Virus record (IMG/VR): IMGVR_UViG_3300022876_000002
Source: a virus
Taxonomy: Duplodnaviria > Caudoviricetes
Length of the DNA: 64,000 nucleotides
Direction: 5' to 3' (one strand)
The notes beneath the pieces were generated by a model. It saw only the letters and a list, made by a program, of their open reading frames with translations, made no database searches and was not told the origin of the DNA. The position numbers and the translations under genes were made by a program. Within the stretch, counting starts at the first letter, position 1, and each line of letters begins with the position of its first letter. This document shows, piece by piece, positions 1 to 10,095 of this stretch.

Positions 1-833
1 GTGTGCAGGATACCTTGCAGTACCGCTGTTGCCAAGTGAGTCTTACGGTGGAACCACTCGGAGTCTTTCAGGCCACGACCGTTGGAGATCAACGACATGC
101 CCGAGGACTTACCGTCACCAAGTACGTCTACCTGGTTAGTGATACCTTCCCCGTAGTTGGAGTAGATGACGTTAGGCAGGATGACGTTGGGTAGGTCAAA
201 TACCGCACCACGTGCAATCGCCAGCTGATAAGCCTGGTTGATCGACACCCCACCTGTACGTGCCATCAGCGCCACGATGTTTTCTTTCAGCGAGTCGTCG
301 TTCCGTACGTAATGACTGAACAGTTCCTCGCCTTCGTCCACCGTTACTTCATTCGCGTGGACTTTCCGACGAATCTCACAAATACCTGGGTTAAGCATGA
401 ACTCATCAACAGACTCTGCCGTCGCAGAGATAATCGACCGTTCCGACATCACGGTGATCATGTTGTTGAGCTTAGCTTGCCACGAGTGGATCAACCGCTT
501 GATTGCATCCATCTCGAGTGGATCATCGATCAATGGACCGATAATACCCAGGATATGATCCAGAGGGATTTTCAACACCTTGTCATTATAGACAATGTTG
601 CGGTGCTTCTCCTCACGAATCGACGGGATCAGTTCGTCGACTGTGTAAGGAATCTCTGGATACCGACGGTGGACGTTCATCCCTTGCCACGACAGCATCA
701 TTGCATATGCGTCGGACTTTACCGTTTTGCCATTGTCATCAGTTACATCGATAGCTTTACGGTGATTCCTGAAACGAAGTACATCCATCTCAGTAAGGTT
801 GGCGAAATCCCGTAGATTAACATGCATTCCCAT
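1..833 (-). CDS. non-virion RNA polymerase beta'-like subunit, C-terminal part (phiKZ gp74-like); runs off the window start
   Basis: Absent from the ORF track because it is truncated. Manual reading gives ATG at 833 (MGMHVNLRDFANLTEMDV...) with a GGAG RBS just upstream, and the frame stays open to base 1. It lies directly downstream of the beta-like subunit, as gp74 does. The product call is mainly from synteny. Confidence 0.75.
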   Translation of the reverse strand, partial: MGMHVNLRDFANLTEMDVLRFRNHRKAIDVTDDNGKTVKSDAYAMMLSWQGMNVHRRYPEIPYTVDELIPSIREEKHRNIVYNDKVLKIPLDHILGIIGPLIDDPLEMDAIKRLIHSWQAKLNNMITVMSERSIISATAESVDEFMLNPGICEIRRKVHANEVTVDEGEELFSHYVRNDDSLKENIVALMARTGGVSINQAYQLAIARGAVFDLPNVILPNVIYSNYGEGITNQVDVLGDGKSSGMSLISNGRGLKDSEWFHRKTHLATAVLQGILH

Positions 834-844
834 ACGGGGGCTCC

Positions 845-3052
845 TTAAGTGTTAGGTTGTTCGTCGGCACGTTGGAGCATTTCTTCCAGCACCTGATCCT
901 TGATCATGTTACTCGCATTAACGTCGAAGACATCCAGCGAACGGTCAGAAGCCAGTTCTTCACGCAGTGCATAACCCGAGTCAGACATCATGCTCGCTGA
1001 CATCTGTACCGCCACGTTCATATCGTACTCATCCGGCTTGACGATGTAATCAATGTCAAACGGATCATCTGCCCGCAAGATACGACGGGTAGCACGGGTA
1101 CGCAACTCCGGAGAGTTAGCCAACGCCAGGTTCTTGTTGATCTCTTGCGGACCAGACTGGCTATTGGTCAGACGTGCTTCGGTTTCACCTTTGTTACGGT
1201 TCGGTTTGTTCTGCAAGATATCCGAATACTTGTGCATGTCATTCGGCTTAGTCGGCATACCGTAAATGTTCGACAACGGCAGTGACTGTGCAGACATATC
1301 AGTACCAAACTTATCCAGCAACATGAAGTGCTGGTTGGTAATGAGTACCGGTTGGTCAGACATCACTTCCTCGTTGAGTGAGTCTGTAAAGATAATGCGT
1401 TCTGGTTTGTAGCTATATACCTCGCGCAATGCGCGGATGATCGCTACGCCATACAGTTTAGTGTCGGATACTACTTCAACACTGATCTGTGTCTTGCAGA
1501 CGTGGTCAACGAACTCTTCGATAACCGCCGGGTCAATGATTGCATCCCGTACCAGGTCCCCGAACTCTGGGAAACCTGTGTCGAAGAACTCTTGCAGCTT
1601 GAGGAACGCTTCGCCGTAATTACCAACCTTACGCAGCTTGATGACATCTTGCTGCAGGCGCATGCTGATAAAGTTGACCGACTGCTCCAGCAACATCGAG
1701 AAAATCTGACGACGGAATGCTGGGATGTTGTTTACCACGATGTCGGCAATGGTCCCGTCTGCATAACGAGGTGCCATATGACGTGGGATGATCCGAACGA
1801 TTACCCCTTTGTCACCGTTCATACCGGTCATCTTGAACTTGACCCGACCTGGAACCATTTCACGCAAGGTGATGTTGATATTCCAGTCTTTCAGTTTAAC
1901 GCGCTTATACCCACGGAACAGTGGGTTGATTTTACCCATGACACTACGGGTATAGTTGGCAAATGCAAAGCGCACGAAAGTGTCAAGTGTGTTGGACACC
2001 GGAATGTCTACACCGGCATTAGTCGACAGCTTATTATGGTACCAACGGATTACCGCGTTCCACATGTCGTTCTGACGGCGCTCATACCGATCCAGCTGCT
2101 TGGTATGCGTCTGCTCGATGTAATCAGTAGACCGATTGTTACTACGGTCTTTCATACGCTCACTGATTACTTCTACCGCCATTACTTCCGAGTTAATCGG
2201 TGCGCGGAACAAGACGTCGTGGTTAAGGTCTGGTGTACGCAGTGCCTTCTTGGTCAACGTGGTAAGTGCAGTCTTGCTATTGCGCTTACGGAAGCCCATC
2301 ACGATGCCGTCAGGACGGATACGCTCACCAGACTCTGGCAGCACCTTCGGGTTCTCGTCAGTACCGTTCAACAGCAACGGTACGTACTCGTCCTCATTAT
2401 AACTGAAACCACGAGTGTGCTTGAACATGCACTTGAGCTTTTCAGTCGCAGCCCAGTCGGTGATCGCAATACCGTCCTCCTCGTTGTAGTGGAAGCTACC
2501 AGCACAAACCTTGAGGTTCATACCGAACATCCACTCACCGGTCTTACTGACCCGAGGTGATTGACCGAAAATAGTACCCTTGGCAAATCGTGCACCTTTC
2601 TCGATCCGTGCCATTACCGCTGGATCGTAAACGTACTCGAAGCCGATATAAGTGTTCTGTGTGTTGTACTTAGGCAGCTCCAGAATGTCATAAGCGTTAA
2701 GCTCATCGTTCTTAAAGAGCAACCACATCGAACTCCACTTGTCAGTGATCTCCCCGCCTGGGTTAGGGCTATGTACGTAGAACACTTCTTCCACGATCAT
2801 GTTAGATGGCGCTTCAATGCGACGAGCGCCTTCCGAGTAGTTATACTCAGCCCCCGAAATCAGTGCACGCTCACTACGCCCATTGGTATCCACCGACTTC
2901 GGGATCATGTTACCGACCATGTACATACGAGTCGGAGAAGATACCCACGGGAACACTACCAGGTTAATACCAACCCCTTGTAACTCGGGGATCATTTCGT
3001 TTTCACGTTTAAGGTATTGATACTTGGCCTGGCTTAGATCTATCTTACCCAT
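845..3052 (-). CDS. non-virion RNA polymerase beta-like subunit, C-terminal part (phiKZ gp71-73-like)
   Basis: 735 aa. Beta-subunit motifs YNEEDGIAI and KFKMTGMNGDKGVI...ADIVVN (equivalent to GDKMAGRHGNKGVI...DIVLN). Position fits the nvRNAP block. Confidence 0.9.
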   Translation of the reverse strand: MGKIDLSQAKYQYLKRENEMIPELQGVGINLVVFPWVSSPTRMYMVGNMIPKSVDTNGRSERALISGAEYNYSEGARRIEAPSNMIVEEVFYVHSPNPGGEITDKWSSMWLLFKNDELNAYDILELPKYNTQNTYIGFEYVYDPAVMARIEKGARFAKGTIFGQSPRVSKTGEWMFGMNLKVCAGSFHYNEEDGIAITDWAATEKLKCMFKHTRGFSYNEDEYVPLLLNGTDENPKVLPESGERIRPDGIVMGFRKRNSKTALTTLTKKALRTPDLNHDVLFRAPINSEVMAVEVISERMKDRSNNRSTDYIEQTHTKQLDRYERRQNDMWNAVIRWYHNKLSTNAGVDIPVSNTLDTFVRFAFANYTRSVMGKINPLFRGYKRVKLKDWNINITLREMVPGRVKFKMTGMNGDKGVIVRIIPRHMAPRYADGTIADIVVNNIPAFRRQIFSMLLEQSVNFISMRLQQDVIKLRKVGNYGEAFLKLQEFFDTGFPEFGDLVRDAIIDPAVIEEFVDHVCKTQISVEVVSDTKLYGVAIIRALREVYSYKPERIIFTDSLNEEVMSDQPVLITNQHFMLLDKFGTDMSAQSLPLSNIYGMPTKPNDMHKYSDILQNKPNRNKGETEARLTNSQSGPQEINKNLALANSPELRTRATRRILRADDPFDIDYIVKPDEYDMNVAVQMSASMMSDSGYALREELASDRSLDVFDVNASNMIKDQVLEEMLQRADEQPNT

Positions 3053-3088
3053 CAGTTTACTCCAATTACTATTACCATCTACATTCAG

Positions 3089-3110
3089 ATGATATAGGTT
3101 CGAGATTATT
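3089..3110 (-). promoter_or_regulatory. early (virion RNAP)-type promoter motif
   Basis: Minus strand AATAATCTCGAACCTATATCAT matches the window consensus AATATTTCAARCCTATATYAC, about 37 nt upstream of the nvRNAP beta gene. Confidence 0.55.
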
Positions 3111-3140
3111 TATCACCCCTTCGCACAAGAGGTATGTTCC

Positions 3141-3470
3141 ATGCCCATTGGTGGTCTTAACGTTAACGCAACCAAGGATATCTTCTTTACTGACAGATAC
3201 AAGATTATGGTGCGTTCCTTGAAAGAAGTCTTGCTAAAACAAGCACAGGCTTTGCCAATCCCCAACCCAAACGATCGTTATGCATATCGGTATGACTTTT
3301 ACCGACTGCTACGTGAGCTCGGGGTTGAATCCCATCTGCATTGGACCGTCGCGTTCCTAAACGACGTGACCGACCCATTTGCTGATAATAGTAAAAAGAT
3401 AGAAATACTGAACATCAATGAATCAGTAATTCTCTCCGCAATATCCCGAAGTAATACGCGTCGAGGTTAA
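3141..3470 (+). CDS. small hypothetical phage protein (start may be Met at 3207)
   Basis: 109 aa ORF filling the gap between two minus-strand genes, ending at a strong bidirectional hairpin. Function unknown. Confidence 0.6.
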   Translation: MPIGGLNVNATKDIFFTDRYKIMVRSLKEVLLKQAQALPIPNPNDRYAYRYDFYRLLRELGVESHLHWTVAFLNDVTDPFADNSKKIEILNINESVILSAISRSNTRRG

Positions 3471-3484
3471 AAAATAACTGTAAG

Positions 3485-3516
3485 CTAGTACCTCCGGCTA
3501 ACGCCGGAGGTACTAG
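3485..3516. terminator. bidirectional intrinsic terminator
   Basis: 14-bp perfect stem CTAGTACCTCCGGC/GCCGGAGGTACTAG between convergent genes. Confidence 0.75.
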
Positions 3517-3529
3517 TATTACGGGGCTT

Positions 3530-5017
3530 TTACCAGGTGAAGTTAGCGTTGTTGTTATCTACGACAACGCTCGACTGACCGGCAGTTGTTGCTACAGTTG
3601 GAACCTGGATACCAGACATTGCTGCCAGCGCCGGGTTCATCTGCATCATGGCCAGCATAGCCGGGTTCATCATTGCAGACATCGGGTTACCCAGTGCTGC
3701 CAGTGCGCCCATACCTGGAGTAGGCATGCCCGGAATACCACCCGGGAAGGCACCTTGGTTTTCCACACGCTGCAAGAACGTACCAGACTTGGTGCAGTAG
3801 TAGATCACTGCTGCGTTGGTCAGGGTGTTGATTGCATGGTGGATCACTTGGTTGGAACCGAAGTCGATCTCGTATTTCAGCCAACGGTCACCACTCGCCA
3901 TTGGTGGCGGAGTTACGTTGAATCCAGCGAGCACAGTACCAGCCATTGGCTGAGCGATCTGCGATTGCTGGATCAGCTGCGCTTGTTGGTTTTGTGGCAG
4001 TACCGCTACCTGTTGACCAGCACCAGAAGAGTTCACCGACAGAATACCACCGAGAGCACCCAGGTTCGAGTTAGCAGCAGACTCGTCTTGGGTGTTGTTG
4101 GTGTTGTAATCCATCGCCGGTACTTGACGATAGATGTCAGGCAGCTCTTCCAGCTGTTCGGTCCAGCTGAGATCGATCGCGTAGATACCGAGCTTGTTGA
4201 AGTCCGCACGGAACAGGTTCTGGATGCGGTTCATCTGCTCGGCTACTTGCTCGTAGCAACCACAGAAGGCAATCAGGCGCGAAGCTACCGAAGTAGTGGA
4301 CTCGCTGCTGATGCTATCAGGATCTACCACACCAGGGATGATCGAACGGAACAGATGTGCCATCAGCTTGAGCGCTGCACGCGAGATAGAACGACCATTG
4401 AGCTCTACAGACTGGTTATCGGATTCACCTTCCGACTGTGCCAGACGCTTGACGATCTCGTTGTAGATCGGGAACGACGGCTTGGCTTTGTAGTACACGC
4501 GCTCGCCGCTACCGCTGGACGACCGACCCTGAGCACGCGACACCTTGATGTGGATGAAACGGTTGTCGTGGCCCTTGTCATCAACTTCCACCTGGAAGCG
4601 TTCCATCAGATCCTTGATCTCTTGGATTACGGTCTTCTTGACACCGCGCAGTGGCTCGATGATATCCAGGGTGTTCTGTTTCCAGCTGGATTTCTCTTTA
4701 CCGGTACCAGCAACACCCAACAGCACGATCGGGTATTTCTTGAACAGTTCCAGCAGGTGGATCACTGCCATACGACGAATGATCTTGAAGACTTCAGTCT
4801 CCTTGCTGACGATGTTCTCACACGCTGGGTGGAAGAACACTTTGTCCATGGTGTCCTTGGAGTCCAGGACTTCCGACACCGGCAGGTAAACGGACATGTC
4901 ATCGATCTTAACGTCGATTTCCTTATCACCCAGCTTAAGCACAATACGACTGTCAGGCTTGATGACACAGCCCCACGAGCACAGCATTGCTTTATACAGT
5001 TTGTTCAGATCGTTCAT
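3530..5017 (-). CDS. conserved nucleus-block protein (phiKZ gp70 position) with low-complexity Q/G/P/M-rich C-terminus
   Basis: 495 aa with strong codon bias, located between the gp69-like and gp71-like genes. Confidence 0.7.
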   Translation of the reverse strand: MNDLNKLYKAMLCSWGCVIKPDSRIVLKLGDKEIDVKIDDMSVYLPVSEVLDSKDTMDKVFFHPACENIVSKETEVFKIIRRMAVIHLLELFKKYPIVLLGVAGTGKEKSSWKQNTLDIIEPLRGVKKTVIQEIKDLMERFQVEVDDKGHDNRFIHIKVSRAQGRSSSGSGERVYYKAKPSFPIYNEIVKRLAQSEGESDNQSVELNGRSISRAALKLMAHLFRSIIPGVVDPDSISSESTTSVASRLIAFCGCYEQVAEQMNRIQNLFRADFNKLGIYAIDLSWTEQLEELPDIYRQVPAMDYNTNNTQDESAANSNLGALGGILSVNSSGAGQQVAVLPQNQQAQLIQQSQIAQPMAGTVLAGFNVTPPPMASGDRWLKYEIDFGSNQVIHHAINTLTNAAVIYYCTKSGTFLQRVENQGAFPGGIPGMPTPGMGALAALGNPMSAMMNPAMLAMMQMNPALAAMSGIQVPTVATTAGQSSVVVDNNNANFTW

Positions 5018-5030
5018 ATTGGTCTCTCGC

Positions 5031-6476
5031 TTACTTCTGCTCGATGAAGTATTCGCGCAGGTTATTCAGGAAATTGACGGACTCGGTTACACCGTTTTCG
5101 TTACTGGCGATGTTGGTGCTGGTACGAGCCAAGTAATACGTAGCATTCACGTAGCGCTCTTTAGCTTCGGTTTCACCATTGAAGTACACTTCGACGGAGG
5201 TCTCACCGAACAGCGAGCAGTTAACTACGATGTTAACCACGGTGCACAGGTGTGCGTAGGCGTTGTTGTACTTGGTGTAGAACTTGTCTTTGAACAGCTG
5301 CTTGAAGCGTTCCAGACGGTTGATAGAGTTCTGATCTTGGTCAGTGATAGACATCCACTCACCAACTACCATTTCCACACCACCGTTGTCACTGAGCCCG
5401 CCGAACTCGTGTACGTTGTTGGATGCTGCAAACACGATGTGAGTCAGACCAGTACGGATCAACAGGTCGGTAGTCAGCATAGCGATCTCTTGTGCCGTGG
5501 TTTCGACCATATTGGACGCACCATAAGCACTGGAGTTAGCTATCTCGTCACGCATTGGGAACCGCGCTTCGTCCAGCATGCTCAAGTCGAGCACGTCCGG
5601 CAGGGCAGGGAACACGTCACAGATCTCACCCAAGGTATAACCCTGGAAACCATTCCAGCTGTAATGGCCAGCACCAATTGCCATTGCCTTGAAGAACGGG
5701 TTCTGCGAGATAATCGTTTCCTTCATGCTGCTGCTGTACAGGCTACCAGCAACCGAGTCCTGCAACGACATGTTGAAGTCTTGGTCATGCAGCACGTTAC
5801 CAGCAATTTTCAGCAACTGCTTGGCATGGAACGTGGAGTCCAGGTTCTGCGTCTTGGATACCAGGGTGTGCTTGCCGAGGCTAGCGCCAACGTTACCGTG
5901 GTAGTGATCCTGACGGTTCTCCTGCTCAGTGGACATGTAACCCAGTACCTCGTTGGCCATGTCCTCAGGACGTACGGCGCGGAGCTGACGCTGTTGAGTA
6001 GGGTCACCCAACAGGAACTGGTCAGAAGCACTTACTGCTTGCTTGACCATCGGCATGCCGTCGTACAGATTGGTGATCGACTCTTTGGCTACAGTGTAGC
6101 TACGGATTGGTACCAGCATGGTGGCAGGATCGATACCACCATCTTCCATCAGACCGCCGCCTGCGCAGTAGAAGAGTACGGTCAGTTCCTCCTCTTTCAG
6201 CGCGTCCATCATTACCGAGAACTTGAGCATCGCCAGACCACAACGTTGGTTGTAAGTCTCTTCGATGTTTACCTGACCGCGTGGGTTGACAGTAAGACCA
6301 CCAGACTGACCGGCGATGTTGTTGAGCATGGACTCGACGATACCGCCTTGTGCTGTGGCCATCAGCATTTGGTCGATGTTCTGCGATTCCAGGTTAAGCT
6401 TATTGTGGCGGTGTACGTGTGGATGCACCGGGTTGCCCATGCCGATACGCGCCATGGTCATCATAATGTCTGCCAT
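5031..6476 (-). CDS. picA: probable nuclear protein import factor PicA/Imp1 (phiKZ gp69 position)
   Basis: 481 aa, immediately downstream of the gp68-like gene. Assigned by conserved gene order only, not by a motif. Confidence 0.6.
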   Translation of the reverse strand: MADIMMTMARIGMGNPVHPHVHRHNKLNLESQNIDQMLMATAQGGIVESMLNNIAGQSGGLTVNPRGQVNIEETYNQRCGLAMLKFSVMMDALKEEELTVLFYCAGGGLMEDGGIDPATMLVPIRSYTVAKESITNLYDGMPMVKQAVSASDQFLLGDPTQQRQLRAVRPEDMANEVLGYMSTEQENRQDHYHGNVGASLGKHTLVSKTQNLDSTFHAKQLLKIAGNVLHDQDFNMSLQDSVAGSLYSSSMKETIISQNPFFKAMAIGAGHYSWNGFQGYTLGEICDVFPALPDVLDLSMLDEARFPMRDEIANSSAYGASNMVETTAQEIAMLTTDLLIRTGLTHIVFAASNNVHEFGGLSDNGGVEMVVGEWMSITDQDQNSINRLERFKQLFKDKFYTKYNNAYAHLCTVVNIVVNCSLFGETSVEVYFNGETEAKERYVNATYYLARTSTNIASNENGVTESVNFLNNLREYFIEQK

Positions 6477-6497
6477 TTCTAACCCCTACTACCTTAA

Positions 6498-8078
6498 TTA
6501 ACTATTTACTTGTTTGACCAGAGCCATGAATTCATTCCTGATATCGTTCTCGATATCGATTGGGAACAAATCACCAGCGGAGACTCGATCGTAGATTACC
6601 AGGTCATCCAGTACCCCGTACTCGAGGTTGGACTGCCAGGTGCCATTACCAAACTGAGTAAGGAAGTCATCTGCGGCTAGCAGTGCTTCATTATAACCTC
6701 GGTTCTCACTATTGCGTGACTGTACGTCACAAATCGATGCCAAATAGTTCTTGTCATCGTCGCTCAGCTTAAGCCCCTCGGCCAAACTGCGCACGCCATT
6801 CGGATCGTGGATTGCACCCAAGACCGATGGTAGGTACTTATATCCTTGTTCGCTCAGTTTAACTTGAGCGAGGGCGATAGCGGCCATCAACTGCGTATAG
6901 TTACAAGCTTCCCAGATGAACGAGCTAACTACGTTCATATAAACCAGTTCCAGCAGTCGCAGGATATGGTTGTGGGTATCGAAGTCCCAGTTGATCGGCA
7001 GGTTGTCATAAACCTTCTCGACTAACTGTTCGTTCTTGATCTCCAATGCAATGCACTGGTATTTGAACCGATCTTTGTAACGTGGTGCATCGGTTTCGTC
7101 GAACAAGCCAAAGCTAAAGAACTCTGCTTCGGATTCCTGGTCGGACTCTTTGACGTCTTCGGTAATACCGTATTTGTCAAAGTTAGAACGCTTGTCTTCC
7201 TCGTCTACTCCTGGACGGTCTTCCTTGGGTTTGAATGTGGCGCTGGTCTCATGCTGCTTAACCGCACCGTTGATACTGTTGGCGATGTTCTTGTCGTATT
7301 CTGTTTCAGGGATTACCGCGCAGCACAGTCGATTGAAGATCGCGCTATACAGTACCTTGTCGATGAAAGTGTCGCCACTACCACCGCCGTCGATCTGCGT
7401 AGGTACGTCACGCTTGTTGAACGAGAACTGGAAGTAACTGTTGAGTTTCTCCCAACCAGGCATTTGTGTAATCTGCAAGTTGTCCTTGAGCAACTCGCCT
7501 GCTACGATCTCACTGAACCCTGCACCCATCCGACCTTCGAAACGTTGCAGGACGCCGAAGATGATCGGGTATACACAACGTACTACGAACAGGAATTTCA
7601 CCATGTTGACGTAGTCGATGTCAGTGATCGTGGTCTGAGCTGGGTAATCACCCTTGCTAGCGGCCTCACTCAGGTTCTTTGGAATCTTGAGGTACTTGGA
7701 GTTCTCGATGAACGCACAGTACTTCTTGATATTGATCAGATCCCACACACCGTCACAGATTGGCTTGAGCCTGGCGATCTCAGTATTGTAGTCGAGGAAC
7801 TTGCCGTGCTCTACAATTGAGTGCGCCCGATCGAAAAGTTTGAACAATTCGATTTTCTGTTCAGTGGTCAGTACCGCATCAACGTACTCGTTCATGCAAC
7901 TGAACAAATTGTTCTCGACGTCAGACTTGTCCTTGAGTACTTTCTCCAACTGTACTTTAGCACGTCCATGGAACTTTAACGTTTGTTCATTAAGAGATAC
8001 TTCGATCGCCTTAATGCCCTTTTTACCCGTACGCTTGATGTCAATAGAGAACATATTTTTAATACCTTGGCTACTCAC
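6498..8078 (-). CDS. non-virion RNAP promoter-specificity (sigma-like) subunit, phiKZ gp68-like
   Basis: 526 aa. Segments YLKIP...TTITDIDYVNM and KEDRPGVDEEDKRS resemble recalled phiKZ gp68. Size and position fit. Confidence 0.75.
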   Translation of the reverse strand: MSSQGIKNMFSIDIKRTGKKGIKAIEVSLNEQTLKFHGRAKVQLEKVLKDKSDVENNLFSCMNEYVDAVLTTEQKIELFKLFDRAHSIVEHGKFLDYNTEIARLKPICDGVWDLINIKKYCAFIENSKYLKIPKNLSEAASKGDYPAQTTITDIDYVNMVKFLFVVRCVYPIIFGVLQRFEGRMGAGFSEIVAGELLKDNLQITQMPGWEKLNSYFQFSFNKRDVPTQIDGGGSGDTFIDKVLYSAIFNRLCCAVIPETEYDKNIANSINGAVKQHETSATFKPKEDRPGVDEEDKRSNFDKYGITEDVKESDQESEAEFFSFGLFDETDAPRYKDRFKYQCIALEIKNEQLVEKVYDNLPINWDFDTHNHILRLLELVYMNVVSSFIWEACNYTQLMAAIALAQVKLSEQGYKYLPSVLGAIHDPNGVRSLAEGLKLSDDDKNYLASICDVQSRNSENRGYNEALLAADDFLTQFGNGTWQSNLEYGVLDDLVIYDRVSAGDLFPIDIENDIRNEFMALVKQVNS

Positions 8079-8084
8079 TACCCT

Positions 8085-8106
8085 GATAATTTAGGTCTGA
8101 AATTAT
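8085..8106 (-). promoter_or_regulatory. early-type promoter motif (divergent copy)
   Basis: Minus strand ATAATTTCAGACCTAAATTATC, a looser match to the window consensus, just upstream of the gp68-like gene. Confidence 0.4.
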
Positions 8107-8124
8107 CTTAGACAGCTATAATTT

Positions 8125-8155
8125 AAACCTAGGAGGGGATCACCCTCCTAGGTTT
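8125..8155. terminator. intrinsic terminator hairpin
   Basis: 13-bp stem AAACCTAGGAGGG/CCCTCCTAGGTTT downstream of 8182-8940. Confidence 0.7.
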
Positions 8156-8181
8156 TGTAGTCCATTACAGTTAATCAGTCC

Positions 8182-8940
8182 TTAGAACGGAATGTCATCT
8201 TCGAAGTCGTCGAAGTTGCTGTTCGACTGGTTCGGGTTACCGCCGCCATTACCACCCTGCTGGGTGCCCTGACGATAGCCACCACCACCGCTACCACCGC
8301 CGTTGAAGTCACCCTTCGGCTTCGGTGGCTCCCAACCATCACGTTCCATGCGGTCCAGGACTTCCTTGTGGAAGTTGACCCACGAACGGGTGTACATGCG
8401 CGACATGAAGCCGCTGTCTTCCACGATCTCGCCGGCGTCGTTGCGTACCATGACCACCGAGGAGTTTGGACCTTTGAAGCGGGTCTTGACTTTGTAGTCG
8501 CCTTTGGTGTAGACCAGGTTGATCACACCTTTCTCGTCACGCGAGATCGAGAACATGACCTTGGTGATCGGTTGTTCCGACAGACGCGACTGACCGCCGA
8601 CACGAACGAAGTCGTGCTTCTTAACGTAGAACTGACGAGCCGGGAACTCGATCGACATGTTCGAAGCTTCCAGCAGAGCTTCGAAGAGAATGTTGCGGTC
8701 GTAGCCGGACATCTCCACTTCTTTGTGCGGAGATTTCGCACCTTCTTTGAAAATGCCGTCGGAGATCTTCAGAACGATCTTGCCGGCGTTGGTAACTTCC
8801 CACATGAACTGTGCAGGGTACTTGCCACCTTCCAGCGGTGCATCCGTTGCAGGGTGAGGCTGGCGCCAGTCGTTCAGGAAGCTCTTCTTGCGAGGAGTGC
8901 CTTGTGGACGACCGCCATTGTTGTTTTGCTGGTAGCTCAT
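8182..8940 (-). CDS. chmC: probable nucleic-acid-binding nucleus protein ChmC (phiKZ gp67 position) with Gly/Asn/Gln-rich tail
   Basis: 252 aa directly upstream of the gp68-like gene. G/N/Q low-complexity C-terminus as described for ChmC; ends FDDFEDDIPF. High-expression codon bias. Confidence 0.65.
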   Translation of the reverse strand: MSYQQNNNGGRPQGTPRKKSFLNDWRQPHPATDAPLEGGKYPAQFMWEVTNAGKIVLKISDGIFKEGAKSPHKEVEMSGYDRNILFEALLEASNMSIEFPARQFYVKKHDFVRVGGQSRLSEQPITKVMFSISRDEKGVINLVYTKGDYKVKTRFKGPNSSVVMVRNDAGEIVEDSGFMSRMYTRSWVNFHKEVLDRMERDGWEPPKPKGDFNGGGSGGGGYRQGTQQGGNGGGNPNQSNSNFDDFEDDIPF

Positions 8941-9003
8941 TATTAAATCCTTGAAAAAATGGATACGCCTGGTATAGATTGGATCTACAGTGAGATTACA
9001 TTG

Positions 9004-9288
9004 CTACTTAGCTTTGTACTCAGGCATGGGTTTACCGGTGAAGTGGTTCTCAATGGCTTCTTCCAACCACTGTCTATGTCCAGACTCACCGTGTGCGATT
9101 TTGCTAAACAATTCGGGGATCAGTTTGATCACCTCTGCGGCCAGCCGGAAATCCCCAGTGGGGATGTCATGACCTTCAGCCGTATTGGTCATATCTTCCA
9201 AACCCACACCTAACGCGTGTAGCTTCTCTTTAAGAGTTGCGTTATCTGCCGGTGGGTACAGGCACTTGCCTTGGAAGTCAAGAGTCAT
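9004..9288 (-). CDS. hypothetical protein
   Basis: 94 aa with AAGGAG RBS, tightly packed in the minus-strand operon. Confidence 0.7.
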   Translation of the reverse strand: MTLDFQGKCLYPPADNATLKEKLHALGVGLEDMTNTAEGHDIPTGDFRLAAEVIKLIPELFSKIAHGESGHRQWLEEAIENHFTGKPMPEYKAK

Positions 9289-9297
9289 AAAGGCTCC

Positions 9298-10095
9298 TTA
9301 AAGCATGGAGATCAATCCAGCCCGCTCTACCCCTTGGGGTAAGTTCATGATTGTAGACCGAACCCGAGCGGTACTAGTAGCTGTTGTCCAGTTGGATTCA
9401 TCGGCGATGCGTTTTACTACCTCGCGGATACCAGCGATACTAGCTTGGAAGTCCGTAGACTTATCACCAAATACCTGAATAGTAAGCCTGTTCAGCGGAA
9501 TGTTGAACAGTTTACTACCGCCTGTCAGTTTTGTGTTCCAATCAGGATAAGCCTTCAACACCCCCGTATAAGACTCTAATAGTTTTAGCCGCGTAGTGCC
9601 ATTGGTTTCGCACAGATCCACTGGGTGGTGTGTCAATACAATACCGTTACCACTAAAGACTGGCATGCCTACGTCGGTTTCTACTATAAGCTTTTGGTAT
9701 TTCTCAAAGACCCGATCACACGTGGCTTTGATTGTCTTTGCAATGGCCTGCTGTTTAGCAGTCCCCTTAGTATGATCTTTGATATCAGCCTTAGGGTACT
9801 TACTAGACAGGCTCTTGTAAGACGGGTAATAGATGACAAACTTTACGGGTTTGCCATTACGATGAGTTTCAACGTATTTGGCTAAGTAGGCAATATCTTC
9901 CGCTACTTCCTTAGCCAGCACGCTTGGATCATGATACTCGGAGTCTTCCTTTGTGTAGGACTCTTGAGCATTGCGCACCAAAGTACGCAGATTGAACAGG
10001 ATAGAGTCGGTGTTTTTAAGCACCGACAAAGCCCCTTGTTCCAATGCCAAGGATGTCCCTACCGAGATTCCTAATGTACCGACGGTACGGCTCAT
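9298..10095 (-). CDS. conserved jumbo phage protein (possible nuclease-associated, PIN-like fold; weak)
   Basis: 265 aa, 4-nt overlap with the phosphoesterase gene. The functional call is a guess from ILFNLRTLVRN and its context. Confidence 0.6.
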   Translation of the reverse strand: MSRTVGTLGISVGTSLALEQGALSVLKNTDSILFNLRTLVRNAQESYTKEDSEYHDPSVLAKEVAEDIAYLAKYVETHRNGKPVKFVIYYPSYKSLSSKYPKADIKDHTKGTAKQQAIAKTIKATCDRVFEKYQKLIVETDVGMPVFSGNGIVLTHHPVDLCETNGTTRLKLLESYTGVLKAYPDWNTKLTGGSKLFNIPLNRLTIQVFGDKSTDFQASIAGIREVVKRIADESNWTTATSTARVRSTIMNLPQGVERAGLISML

